Positions 25,071 to 33,895 of a stretch of DNA of 33,895 nt are shown one piece after another. Made by a program: the position numbers and the translations under genes. Under the pieces are notes generated by a model. That model did no database searches, was not told the origin of the DNA, and saw only the letters and a program-made list of their open reading frames with translations. The first letter of the stretch is position 1, and every line of letters begins with the position of its first letter. Source of the DNA: a virus. Lineage: Duplodnaviria; Caudoviricetes. The DNA is taken from positions 1-33,895 of IMG/VR virus record IMGVR_UViG_3300022697_000042. One strand, given 5' to 3'.

Positions 25071-25201
25071 GTTTAATACTTGATGATTTAGACCACGAAC
25101 AAAAAGTAGAGGCATTGCTTGAGATGATATTATCTCAGTTAATATTATTAAACGACAGAATTGAAGACACTTTTAACACAGGCATTGAGGAAGAGGACTA
25201 A
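25067..25201 (+). CDS. 44-aa acidic coiled-coil peptide (not in ORF track)
   Basis: MSLILDDLDHEQKVEALLEMILSQLILLNDRIEDTFNTGIEEED; fills the gap with ATGA overlap. Confidence 0.7.
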   Translation: MSLILDDLDHEQKVEALLEMILSQLILLNDRIEDTFNTGIEEED

Positions 25202-25203
25202 TT

Positions 25204-25743
25204 ATGGCAAGAACAACAGGTGTAGACCCAGAAGGTAGCGGAATCAATGAACAGCGCGTTAACTCGAATGGTATGGCGTTAGTATTAGCAGTATCTGAGA
25301 GCGATTTTGAGCGTGCGTCAGAAAAAGGACAAGCTTTTTCTTGGTCTAGCGGTGTTATTGATATCAATGCGGGCGATACGGTTCTTTTAATAAAGAATCT
25401 ATCAGACACCGTTTTAAGGATTTCAGATGTTTGTATTAATAACGGAAGTGTAGCATCTCAGTACGTGGTTCACTTACCCACTACAGAAGTTGCTACCCCC
25501 ACAGGAACGGCTTTATCGGCTGTGGTGTTAAATACATCGAAAGTTGGCGACCCGGACGTAACCGCAATATCTGACGAAACCGCTAACGTTCAGGGCGCAG
25601 TTATAAACACTCCAATGCTAGAAGTTGACGCTAATTTAAAAATACCGCTTTCCGGTTTAATGCTTGGGAAGAATAAGTCCTTAGCTATTGATGTTGTGGC
25701 AGAAACCACCGAATCAGGGGTTACGATAAGAGGCCATTATTAA
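25204..25743 (+). CDS. putative virion structural protein (beta-sandwich-like)
   Basis: 179 aa, GAGG SD, in tail operon. Confidence 0.7.
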   Translation: MARTTGVDPEGSGINEQRVNSNGMALVLAVSESDFERASEKGQAFSWSSGVIDINAGDTVLLIKNLSDTVLRISDVCINNGSVASQYVVHLPTTEVATPTGTALSAVVLNTSKVGDPDVTAISDETANVQGAVINTPMLEVDANLKIPLSGLMLGKNKSLAIDVVAETTESGVTIRGHY

Positions 25744-26381
25744 TGGGTGATATCTCCACCAAGATTACTGGCACTAGCAATAGCTCTAAACTTAATGAGG
25801 CGGGAGTCACTGAAGATGATGAGCTGTGTGTTATTGGGGCACCTTACCCTCCATTAACGATACAAAAAGTCCATCCTTTAAGACAGTACTTAACCGCCGA
25901 TGGGCTGCCCGGTGGAGATAACGATATGGGCGTTGATGGATCGGTTAATAATGTGGATTATTACATTCAATCCAATGCCCTAGAAGACAGGTACATAACA
26001 ACATTGAATTTTATAGTAGCTTACGGAGCTTCTGGCGCACCATACGAATGGGCAAACGGAACCGAGTTAACTAACGGTAGTAGATTATTCTACGATTCGA
26101 TTAACGGTAAAAGAGATATCCACGATGCAATTAAGACGAATCAGGATCTTTTCAGATTACATCTTGATCTTATACCTACGGCGTGGGAAGTAAGACACGT
26201 AGGGGCTAATAATGATTATGGTTATTTTATTACCTTGGATTTAACTAAACTAGGGCTTCCATTCGGAGTTAAATTAGACCGGGGATCAGACCAAAGATTG
26301 ACTATGAGAATTAGAGATAATGCCGGGACTGATGCGGATATCTTCAACTGTATTGTTTACGGATTCGACAGGTTCAAATAA
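25743..26381 (+). CDS. putative virion structural protein
   Basis: 212 aa, DMGVDGS motif, coupled to neighbours. Confidence 0.7.
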   Translation: MGDISTKITGTSNSSKLNEAGVTEDDELCVIGAPYPPLTIQKVHPLRQYLTADGLPGGDNDMGVDGSVNNVDYYIQSNALEDRYITTLNFIVAYGASGAPYEWANGTELTNGSRLFYDSINGKRDIHDAIKTNQDLFRLHLDLIPTAWEVRHVGANNDYGYFITLDLTKLGLPFGVKLDRGSDQRLTMRIRDNAGTDADIFNCIVYGFDRFK

Positions 26382-26719
26382 TGGCTAGAACACCTGAAAA
26401 CTTTAGCGCCAACAACCAGCTATCGACTACAGCTGAATCTTTAAATGCGGCGATACTGGCTAGCTCGCAAGCCGTTATACGAAAGTTGTCTTTTTATAAC
26501 TCAAGTATATTGTCAAGAATCATCACTGTGCACGTCGTAGAATCAGGGGGAACGGCAGACACTGGGAATACTCTAGTGGTAAAGACTGTCCCTCCTTTAA
26601 AAACCTGGAACTGCTTAGAGATACAAGGCGAAGTCCTAGAGGTTGGAATGACTATCCAGGCGTCTCAAGACGTGGGAACAGATATAAATTCGAACATGTC
26701 AGGGACAATAGTTACTTGA
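26381..26719 (+). CDS. putative tail accessory protein
   Basis: 112 aa beta-rich; N....ITVHVV..GGTA...N...GEVLE.G..I.A pattern common in podovirus tail modules. Confidence 0.72.
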   Translation: MARTPENFSANNQLSTTAESLNAAILASSQAVIRKLSFYNSSILSRIITVHVVESGGTADTGNTLVVKTVPPLKTWNCLEIQGEVLEVGMTIQASQDVGTDINSNMSGTIVT

Positions 26720-27132
26720 TAATAAAGGAAATAACGAACCACGATCTTATTAAATCGATACTTTGCCACCCAGATATTTATAAATGTATTTACCACGGCG
26801 ATGAGATTTCAGCGGAAGATAGAGAAATTGAAGATGGACCCCAATATATAGCCGGTTTCGTTGATGGTGCTATAATTGGTATAGTTATATACCATATTTG
26901 TAATGGTTATATAAAAAGCCACATTCAAGTATTGCCAGAATATAGAAAAGAACATGCGATAAGATTTGCGCGAATGGCTTTGAATTTCGGAAGAGCCAAA
27001 AACGCCACAGTATACGCCGAGATACCAGAGAGATTTCCAAACGTTGTTAGTTTTGCTAAACGGGTTGGGTTCACTGAGCTGGGAATTAAAGAAGGTAAGT
27101 ATATTTTGAGGCGAGATAATGGGATTTTTTAG
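26716..27132 (+). CDS. GNAT-fold acetyltransferase-like protein
   Basis: HIQVLPEYR, NVVSFAKRVGFTELG; usual position before ejection genes. Confidence 0.8.
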   Translation: MIIKEITNHDLIKSILCHPDIYKCIYHGDEISAEDREIEDGPQYIAGFVDGAIIGIVIYHICNGYIKSHIQVLPEYRKEHAIRFARMALNFGRAKNATVYAEIPERFPNVVSFAKRVGFTELGIKEGKYILRRDNGIF

Positions 27133-27973
27133 TGATTCAATAGCAGAGGATGACCCAGGGTTTGATTCTGAGGGTAGTTTCGACCCTGATATTCTAGGTT
27201 TAGGTGGCAGAGAGGGCGCTATTGCAGCCACTAAAGGTGCTGAGATACAGGCACAGTCTGGTAGAGAGGCTATCGAGTTCGAGCGCCAATCTAGAGAACA
27301 GGCGCAAGGTTTTTTTGCCCCCTTTGCTGGAGCCGCTGAGCAAGGTCTAGAGCAGTCTAGCTTCCTAACTGACTCACAGGAACAATTCGACTTCCTTAAA
27401 AGCAATCCTTTATTTAAATTAGCTTTAGATAATGCCAATACTCAAACACAGAACTCTGCCGCAGCAGGAGGAAGACTTAGCGCTGGGGATACTTTGCAGA
27501 ACTTAAGTAACAACGTACTTTTGTCGGCTAGTCCTTTAATTGATCGCCAAAGTCGTGGAATATCACAACTATTAAACCTCGGTCTAGATGTAACCAAATC
27601 TCAAGCTAACACAGCCATTGGCGCCGGCTCTAACATATCAAATCTACTAACTGATATCGGCGCAGCTCAAGCGGCTGGCGGTGTAGGTGCGGCTAACGCT
27701 CAACTACAAGGGAACCAGAATATTGCCTCATTAGGTGGCGCTGCCTTTGCGGCATTTTCAGATCCAAGATTAAAAGATAGCGTTAGTAAAATCGGGAAAG
27801 CTAATGGTTATAATGTTTACGAATGGGAATGGAACGATAAAGCTCGTCAATTCGGACTAGAAGGACGTGAACGAGGCGTTATGGCCGACGAGGTTAAATT
27901 GATTAATCCTGCCGCTGTAACTGAGAGGCATGGCTATATGATGGTTAACTACCGAATGATAGGGGTGCGATAG
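27119..27973 (+). CDS. DNA ejection protein (P22 gp7-like) with C-terminal peptidase S74-like chaperone domain
   Basis: AEIQA, SAAAGGRLSAGDTL, G.AQAAG..GAANA; then FSDPRLK..V..IG...VYEWEW...GVMADEV....P.AV...VNY. Confidence 0.8.
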   Translation: MGFFSDSIAEDDPGFDSEGSFDPDILGLGGREGAIAATKGAEIQAQSGREAIEFERQSREQAQGFFAPFAGAAEQGLEQSSFLTDSQEQFDFLKSNPLFKLALDNANTQTQNSAAAGGRLSAGDTLQNLSNNVLLSASPLIDRQSRGISQLLNLGLDVTKSQANTAIGAGSNISNLLTDIGAAQAAGGVGAANAQLQGNQNIASLGGAAFAAFSDPRLKDSVSKIGKANGYNVYEWEWNDKARQFGLEGRERGVMADEVKLINPAAVTERHGYMMVNYRMIGVR

Positions 27974-29175
27974 TGGCCATACGTCCTGAAATAGCCTTAC
28001 AAGCAAGAGTGCCTGATTTTAGCCAGACCTTTGTTAACACGTTAACCGGCATCCAGAAACTTGACAGCATTAGACAGAATCGTGAGCAACGGGATGTTCA
28101 GGACAGATTTCTAGAAGCTCGCGCACAATCAGCAGAGGCTAAAGTTCCAACCGCACAATCTCAATTCAATACAGAGCAAAGCAATTTAATTCGTTCGGTG
28201 GCTACGGGTGCGCGTGAGGTCATACCAGATTTAGAGGCTGGAAATATTGATAGTGCAATCTCAACAATGCAGAGACGATCTGAAGCCCTTACCAGCGCTG
28301 GCATATCAAACACTCAGACAGAGGAAGGGATAGCTTTAGCTAAAAGTAACCCTCAAGAGCTTTTAAGAATCTCTAAAGACTTGATCGCATTGGATGATAG
28401 GCTGAATCCACAACAGGGCAGGTCTAACCCTAAAGCATTTGCGCCTATTACTGACCCACAAACAGGTCAGCAAAGTTCTACTGTGTTCAACCCTAATACG
28501 AATAGTTTCTCCCAAGTTCAGATACCAGGGGCCACACAACTAACCCCTGCTCAGCGCTCTGATATTGCCGTGACTGAGTTTGCAAAGAAAGCAGACATTG
28601 AAGTCACCAAAACATCAGGCACTGAAAGGGTTAAGCAAAGAGAGAGGCGATCATCTTCTATATCTAAAGAGTTGTCAGAAAGGAATCGGGCCGCAGCAAG
28701 ATCATCAAGAACTCTAAATCAAGCATTAACCATAGCGCAACAGTCAAGCCAGGGACTTACCGGGGTAGCGAAACTTAAACTAAGTCAGATAATACCCGGT
28801 ATAGACGTGTCTAACGAGGCGGCGCTTGATTCTACGATGAAACAATTAGCGCTAGAACAATTACAGAATTTTAAAGGCCCAACCACAGATTTTGAATTCG
28901 GTGTTGCTCAACAGGTATCAGGATCATTAGGGCAGTCAAGAACATCAAATATAGCACGAATAAAGTCTCTAAGGCGGGCTACATGGTTTAATGAAAGGGA
29001 GTTCAGTCAATTTAAAAAGCACACTAAATCAGGCGGAGACCCTGACTCGTTTAAGTTTAATTTTGGCGAGCCAGTAAGGACAAAAAAAGGGGTTTTTACT
29101 TTACAGGACATACAAGACACTGCCGTAAAAAATAACTTAACAATAGAAGAGACCTTGAAGGCTCTAAATAAATAA
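27973..29175 (+). CDS. DNA ejection/internal virion protein (gp20 position)
   Basis: 400 aa helical Gln/Ser/Ala-rich, FKGPTTDFE motif; synteny. Confidence 0.7.
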   Translation: MAIRPEIALQARVPDFSQTFVNTLTGIQKLDSIRQNREQRDVQDRFLEARAQSAEAKVPTAQSQFNTEQSNLIRSVATGAREVIPDLEAGNIDSAISTMQRRSEALTSAGISNTQTEEGIALAKSNPQELLRISKDLIALDDRLNPQQGRSNPKAFAPITDPQTGQQSSTVFNPNTNSFSQVQIPGATQLTPAQRSDIAVTEFAKKADIEVTKTSGTERVKQRERRSSSISKELSERNRAAARSSRTLNQALTIAQQSSQGLTGVAKLKLSQIIPGIDVSNEAALDSTMKQLALEQLQNFKGPTTDFEFGVAQQVSGSLGQSRTSNIARIKSLRRATWFNEREFSQFKKHTKSGGDPDSFKFNFGEPVRTKKGVFTLQDIQDTAVKNNLTIEETLKALNK

Positions 29176-30965
29176 TGGCCATTATAGATTTGAATTCAGG
29201 TGAAAGAATAGAGGATGAGTCGACTCGGCCTAGCTTTAAGCCTGCTAATCATCCTTCCCCACAAGGTGGGGTAATTGATTTAGACACAGGAAGTTTTGTA
29301 ACGGATAATTCTATGCAACCACAGGATAAGATCCAAGAGGGAGGAACTCTTGACGCTGTTATCGAGCCATTACAGGCTATTGGTAGCGGGTTAGCTGGAA
29401 CTATAGGTGGTGGGATTGCCGGGGCTGTTTCGGCTCCATTTGTAGGGTCTGAAAGAGCTTCTGATATTGTAACAAGCACTAAAAAAGCAGCGCAAGAATT
29501 TGGTGCTCCAGAAACGAAAAGAGGGGAGGCCGCATTAAAAACGGTTGGTGACATTATGGAGGCCGGTATTGACATAGCTAGATTCCCTATTTCTGGATTA
29601 GCTGGATTAGCTGAACTGCTCACAGGACAAGGACCTGAAAGAGCCGCGCAAACTGTCGAGTCTGTTCAAAACGAAGGGGTAGGGAAGACAGCAGGTAATA
29701 GAGCCTTTGAAGAAACGGGTAGCCCTTTGTTTGCTGCTGTAGCAGAGACAACCCCAGAATTGATAGGTTCTATAATCCCAATATCAAAAATAGTAAAAGA
29801 TAGATCGGCTTTGCAGCAAAAAATAGCTGATCAAATAACATCAGGATCTACCGATAAATCTCTGGCTAACTTTATTGTCGATGGAGCTGGAAGGGTTAAG
29901 AATGATAGAGTTGCTAGAGAATCTATTAAGCAAGGATTTGACCAAGGCGTCATTGCAGCAGTTAAAGGCTCCGGTCCTACAGATAAATCCAAGATGTCTA
30001 AAATGGTAGACATTTCCAAGAAGGGGAAAGAAAACGCTTTATTTGCAATGAAAAACCGTCCTAGTGATGTTGCTGGGAACTCATTGCTAGAAAGGGTTAA
30101 CTTTATAAAAAGAGTTAACCGTGACGCAGGGAAAGAAATCGATACGGTTGCGAAGAACTTAAAAGGCCAAAGAGTAGATTTTGAGCAGCCTATTAGTAAT
30201 TTCATGGAAAATCTAGACGAACTTGGGGTCAGGCTAGATGATAGATTAAGGCCCAACTTTAAAGGTTCAGATATTGAGGGATTGGTTGGGCCTCAGTCAG
30301 CTATCGCAAATATAGTTAAAAGATTAGCGAGCGGCCGCAAAGGAGTTCCCCCTGATGCCTTTGAGCTACACCGCATGAAACGTTTTATTGATGAGATAGT
30401 GACTTATGGAAAATCAGGCGAAGGTCTTAAGGGTAAAACCGAAAGAATATTAAAACAATTAAGAGCTGATTTGGATGGGGCCTTAGATAGCAACTTTCCT
30501 AAATATAATGATGTTAATACAAGATATTCGGACACTGTAGGTGCTTTAGACGCCTTGCAAGACGTTGCCGGTAGAAAGATGGACCTATTCGGCCCTAATG
30601 CTGATAAGGCTACAGGAACGCTATTAAGGCGAATGATGAGTAATGCCCAGTCAAGAGTTAATCTTGTCGACGCTGTTGATGGCCTTGAAGCGATAAGTAA
30701 GAAATATGGATCTGAGTTTACTGATGATATTTCTACCCAAATGTTATTTGCGGACGAACTAGATAATGTCTTCGGACCTGTTGCTAGAACGTCTTTAGCA
30801 TCCGAGGTTGGCAAAGGCGTAAAACAAGGTGCGGAAGCAGTTACAGGTCAGCGCACGGCTGTAGGGGCTGCTCTTGAAGCTGGTTCCGCAGTGGTAGAAA
30901 AGATTAGAGGAATTAATCAAGAAAATGCTTTTAAAGCAATTACAGAATTATTAAAAAGGGAATGA
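29175..30965 (+). CDS. DNA ejection/internal virion protein (gp16 position)
   Basis: 596 aa, Gly/Ala-rich hydrophobic N-half, basic helical C-half; synteny. Confidence 0.72.
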   Translation: MAIIDLNSGERIEDESTRPSFKPANHPSPQGGVIDLDTGSFVTDNSMQPQDKIQEGGTLDAVIEPLQAIGSGLAGTIGGGIAGAVSAPFVGSERASDIVTSTKKAAQEFGAPETKRGEAALKTVGDIMEAGIDIARFPISGLAGLAELLTGQGPERAAQTVESVQNEGVGKTAGNRAFEETGSPLFAAVAETTPELIGSIIPISKIVKDRSALQQKIADQITSGSTDKSLANFIVDGAGRVKNDRVARESIKQGFDQGVIAAVKGSGPTDKSKMSKMVDISKKGKENALFAMKNRPSDVAGNSLLERVNFIKRVNRDAGKEIDTVAKNLKGQRVDFEQPISNFMENLDELGVRLDDRLRPNFKGSDIEGLVGPQSAIANIVKRLASGRKGVPPDAFELHRMKRFIDEIVTYGKSGEGLKGKTERILKQLRADLDGALDSNFPKYNDVNTRYSDTVGALDALQDVAGRKMDLFGPNADKATGTLLRRMMSNAQSRVNLVDAVDGLEAISKKYGSEFTDDISTQMLFADELDNVFGPVARTSLASEVGKGVKQGAEAVTGQRTAVGAALEAGSAVVEKIRGINQENAFKAITELLKRE

Positions 30966-30966
30966 T

Positions 30967-32661
30967 ATGGCATTTGCGCCCGTCCAGCTAGTATTAACCA
31001 CTTTCGATAACTATACAGGCTATTGGATAAAATTTTACGAGCAGGGAACTGTGACGCCATTATCAATGGCGACAGATTCAACCGGCGGAACTTTAATTGT
31101 TCAAGCTGAGATATCGGCGGGAGGAACGGTCCCAATTGGATTTATAAAAACATCTGGGGATGCAATATTAAACCCTCACTTAAATGCAGCATATGATTGT
31201 TGGTTGTTTTTAACGGAAGCTCTTGCAACGGCAAACACTACAACTAACGCCATTCAGATAGCTGATAACGTCATAGCTGACCCCGGTGTTGATGCTGACA
31301 CACTAAGGACTGACCTAGCCAGCATTACCGATGCAACAAAAGGGTCTGCCTTGGTCGGAGTGTTTTTAAGCGCAGTTGGCTGGGTTGGCAGTACGTTATC
31401 TATGTGGATATCGTATAGGAATAAGAGCGTTTTTAATTACATGACGGCAGCACAGATAGCTGATGTGCAGGCGAGAACTGCTCTTTTAGACCTTGCTGTG
31501 CCTTTGCAAGCTGCTCTGGACAATATGGTGCTTACAGGTAACACATTACAGTGGCCTGCGGGTAAATATTACACCACGCTTGCTCTGGCATCAGTCAAGC
31601 ACAATATAAAGCTTGAGGCAGAAGGCAAGGGAGAATATGGCACAGGTGCAACAACGACAGCCGGGGCTACTGAGATAGTTACCGATCAAGCCATTTATAT
31701 TTTCGATTTCGGGTCAGCGTCTACGACGATTCACGGCGGCCCAATGATTGAAGGGGTAGGATTTCAGGACATCAGTGTAGGTGAAAACACCGCACTAGGT
31801 GCTATAAGAATTAGGCGAATGAACCACCCCCATATTGTTAATTGTGGGATTAAAAACTTTAAACTGACAGGTGCTACAGGGATTCTTCTTGATGGTACTG
31901 GGGATTCAATAATTCTCCCGCATATTTTGGGTAATCAGATTCGATCTGCTGATATTGGATTAAGGACTATATCATCGGTTACGGGAATGATAGTACAGGG
32001 CGGATTTATCGCTAACTGTGCCGCTATTGGAATTGATATCTCTGACACTGGAGCTGAGTTAATTTTTTACGGCGCTATCGACGCGTGCCCGATTGGGATT
32101 AATTTACAATCTGATGGGTCTTTCATTCGTGGACGATTAGAGATATGTACCGTTGCAGTGACGACCGCTAGAAACAACAATGACATTGGTGGTTTCTACC
32201 AGAACAATACGACCGATATTGAATTTACAGGTTCTCAGGCTGGGAATATTATTTCGAATATGACCAAGCCATCGGGTAACCCGGTTATCTCTGGCACGGC
32301 TCAGACTCAATTAAACAAATTTAACTTTAGGCACACCGGGTTAATTATTGGTCCCCAACTTAGTGCAGGATCTCTAACTACTGTTAATCATATTATAAGC
32401 GCAACAGCTGTGTTAGATTTCCCTAACACCTTAGACGGTGCGGTATCAGATCTAACTATTACCGTAAACGGTGCAGCTGTGAATAATGGTAATGATGTGA
32501 TACTTGGAATTCCAAACACTTCAGTCCCTGCTGGGGCATGTGGTTATAACGCCTGGGTATCAGCAACAAATACAGTAATAATTAGATTCTGGAATGCTAG
32601 CGGCGGCGCATTAAACCCAGCCAGCGGCACATTCAGAGCAACTGTGATTAAACACTTATAA
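30967..32661 (+). CDS. tailspike/receptor-binding protein with pectin-lyase-like beta-helix
   Basis: N-terminal KFYEQGTVTP..MATD head-binding segment, LQAALD...LQWPAGKY entry motif, GI-rich rungs, C-terminal TITV.GA...AWVSATNTV.IRF.N domain. Confidence 0.85.
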   Translation: MAFAPVQLVLTTFDNYTGYWIKFYEQGTVTPLSMATDSTGGTLIVQAEISAGGTVPIGFIKTSGDAILNPHLNAAYDCWLFLTEALATANTTTNAIQIADNVIADPGVDADTLRTDLASITDATKGSALVGVFLSAVGWVGSTLSMWISYRNKSVFNYMTAAQIADVQARTALLDLAVPLQAALDNMVLTGNTLQWPAGKYYTTLALASVKHNIKLEAEGKGEYGTGATTTAGATEIVTDQAIYIFDFGSASTTIHGGPMIEGVGFQDISVGENTALGAIRIRRMNHPHIVNCGIKNFKLTGATGILLDGTGDSIILPHILGNQIRSADIGLRTISSVTGMIVQGGFIANCAAIGIDISDTGAELIFYGAIDACPIGINLQSDGSFIRGRLEICTVAVTTARNNNDIGGFYQNNTTDIEFTGSQAGNIISNMTKPSGNPVISGTAQTQLNKFNFRHTGLIIGPQLSAGSLTTVNHIISATAVLDFPNTLDGAVSDLTITVNGAAVNNGNDVILGIPNTSVPAGACGYNAWVSATNTVIIRFWNASGGALNPASGTFRATVIKHL

Positions 32662-32843
32662 TGGCTAACACACTAAACACATGCACAGCTCTAATAGGGT
32701 GCGGCACTCTAGGAGCTTGGTTTATGGACTCATTACCGGCGATTGCTGCGGTATTCACGATTGTATGGATGGGGCTAAATATCATATATTTCGTATACTT
32801 GCGGATTAAGGAGATACGTAAAGCCTTTAAAGATAGCAAGTAA
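32661..32843 (+). CDS. holin-like membrane protein
   Basis: 60 aa, hydrophobic segments, basic C-terminus, directly after tailspike. Confidence 0.55.
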   Translation: MANTLNTCTALIGCGTLGAWFMDSLPAIAAVFTIVWMGLNIIYFVYLRIKEIRKAFKDSK

Positions 32844-32949
32844 GGTTTCTTTTTAACCATTCACCCTCTAATCTTTAAAGAGTCCCGAATGTATTATATA
32901 AAAACGTGCAAAAGTCGCAATAGCCTTAAATAACTATTTTGGAGATATT

Positions 32950-33117
32950 ATGATCTGGTTAGCGAAGCTCATTAAAAGACCGAAAACGACCATTATAGAA
33001 TTATTCTTTCTGATTGGATCTTACATTATCGCACTAAAGGAAAAAGAAAATGAAAAAACGTCTGAACACCTTGATGAAGATAATCGCCGTAGCAAGCGCT
33101 TTGGTGATCCTGACTAA
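32950..33117 (+). CDS. putative i-spanin-like membrane protein, 55 aa (not in ORF track)
   Basis: GGAG SD; basic N-terminus, hydrophobic TTIIELFFLIGSYIIAL, charged tail; overlaps lipoprotein gene. Confidence 0.5.
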   Translation: MIWLAKLIKRPKTTIIELFFLIGSYIIALKEKENEKTSEHLDEDNRRSKRFGDPD

Positions 33118-33286
33118 TTGCTCGTCATTAAAGAATAAATGCGAAGATGGCGAAAGATTAAACCTAGTCGATACGACCACTGAAGTCTTTGCGCTGCTTC
33201 CTGATAAAGATAAGGTTGATATTATAAAATACAATAAAGAAGCGCGAACGGCTAACGATAATCTAGACGTTCTGTGTAAAAAATAG
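33050..33286 (+). CDS. lipoprotein, putative o-spanin
   Basis: MKKR + hydrophobic core + LTNC lipobox followed by SS; AAGGA SD. Confidence 0.65.
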   Translation: MKKRLNTLMKIIAVASALVILTNCSSLKNKCEDGERLNLVDTTTEVFALLPDKDKVDIIKYNKEARTANDNLDVLCKK

Positions 33287-33290
33287 CTGA

Positions 33291-33319
33291 AACTTTACAA
33301 TAAAAATTATTGTAAAGTT
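33291..33319. other. perfect 13-bp AT-rich inverted repeat
   Basis: AACTTTACAATAA-AAA-TTATTGTAAAGTT directly after the lipoprotein stop. Confidence 0.75.
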
Positions 33320-33357
33320 ATACGAAATCTCTAAAAGTATAAGATATCTCTAAAAAT

Positions 33358-33513
33358 ATGAATAACTTTGAATTCGGATGGAAGATCATATTACTCGTTG
33401 TAAGTATTGCGGGTGTATGGCTAGCTATAGAAAACGAGGTGATAAATGGTCAGCAAATATACGAAGATATTAGGTCTCTGCTTATTCGCATTACCGGGTT
33501 TAAGCTATTCTAG
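33358..33513 (+). CDS. 51-aa membrane peptide (not in ORF track)
   Basis: MNNFEFGWKIILLVVSIAGVWLAIENEV...; no clear SD; overlaps next gene. Confidence 0.45.
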   Translation: MNNFEFGWKIILLVVSIAGVWLAIENEVINGQQIYEDIRSLLIRITGFKLF

Positions 33514-33706
33514 TACGCCCATGAACGACTCTATCGTGATTGATTGCGGTATGATGCACTACATACCTCTTCACGGTTCTACGCCCGCAGAGAAGATCTA
33601 CAGGGCTTACGCAGACATTCCAGACTCAAGGACTATCACTATTACCATCATCGTTAATTGCAAAGGCCATGCAACTGACGTATCGTATGTCGATTACAAA
33701 GATTAA
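33446..33706 (+). CDS. secreted hypothetical protein
   Basis: GAGGTGA SD; signal-peptide-like N-terminus; Cys pair in the mature part. Confidence 0.6.
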   Translation: MVSKYTKILGLCLFALPGLSYSSTPMNDSIVIDCGMMHYIPLHGSTPAEKIYRAYADIPDSRTITITIIVNCKGHATDVSYVDYKD

Positions 33707-33713
33707 CGGAGGA

Positions 33714-33893
33714 TTAACTCTTAAGATGCGATAGTGACAAACATATATACCCTTCTTTCAATCCAAGACCTGAGTGTATATGGGTTATGATAAATATATA
33801 GTCTTCGGGGTCAAAAGGGGTATATCTTTTAAAAAATAGGGTGTCGTCTTTCTGGTAGTCCCTATCATTAATTCGGATTTCTTGTTTTTTAGT
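33714..33893 (-). CDS. ASCH/DUF3850-domain protein, 5' end outside window
   Basis: TKKQEIRINDRDYQKDDTL...ITHI...GLKEGYICLSL matches DUF3850 consensus. Confidence 0.8.
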   Translation of the reverse strand, partial: TKKQEIRINDRDYQKDDTLFFKRYTPFDPEDYIFIITHIHSGLGLKEGYICLSLSHLKS

Positions 33894-33895
33894 AC

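Noticed and set aside
16793-31135. Numerous minus-strand and alternate-frame ORFs inside structural genes (e.g. 26809..27438, 29831..30256)
   Set aside because: Shadows of long, well-supported + strand genes; no SD or protein-like motifs
20666-32661. Diversity-generating retroelement suggested by the BPP-1-like capsid
   Set aside because: No reverse transcriptase and no template/variable repeat pair seen in the window

Overview
Most of the genome of a tailed, podovirus-type dsDNA phage of a Gram-negative host (sigma70 promoters, lipoprotein spanin candidate). Left to right: (i) 1-8119, + strand early/middle region of small ORFs with two candidate structured non-coding RNAs (519-659 and ~1873-2390), a Cro-like HTH gene, a DUF6948/Gly-repeat pair, an ERF annealase, NinG and an HNH-like gene; (ii) 8121-12172, a separately promoted seven-gene accessory module of probable virion-appendage proteins with an embedded Asp/Asn beta-hydroxylase-type oxygenase and a Pro/Tyr-rich repeat protein; (iii) 12261-14411, a - strand cassette of small genes sharing a repeated leader, divergent from a second HTH gene; (iv) 15696-32661, packaging and morphogenesis: TerS, PBSX-type TerL, P22-like portal and scaffold, BPP-1/epsilon15-type capsid and cement protein, adaptor, P22 gp10-like nozzle, GNAT, three ejection proteins, beta-helix tailspike; (v) holin and spanin candidates and a truncated ASCH/DUF3850 gene at the right edge. 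No integrase, replication protein, endolysin, tRNA, CRISPR array or reverse transcriptase is recognisable inside the window. All family assignments come from motif recognition by eye; no database search or folding program was run.
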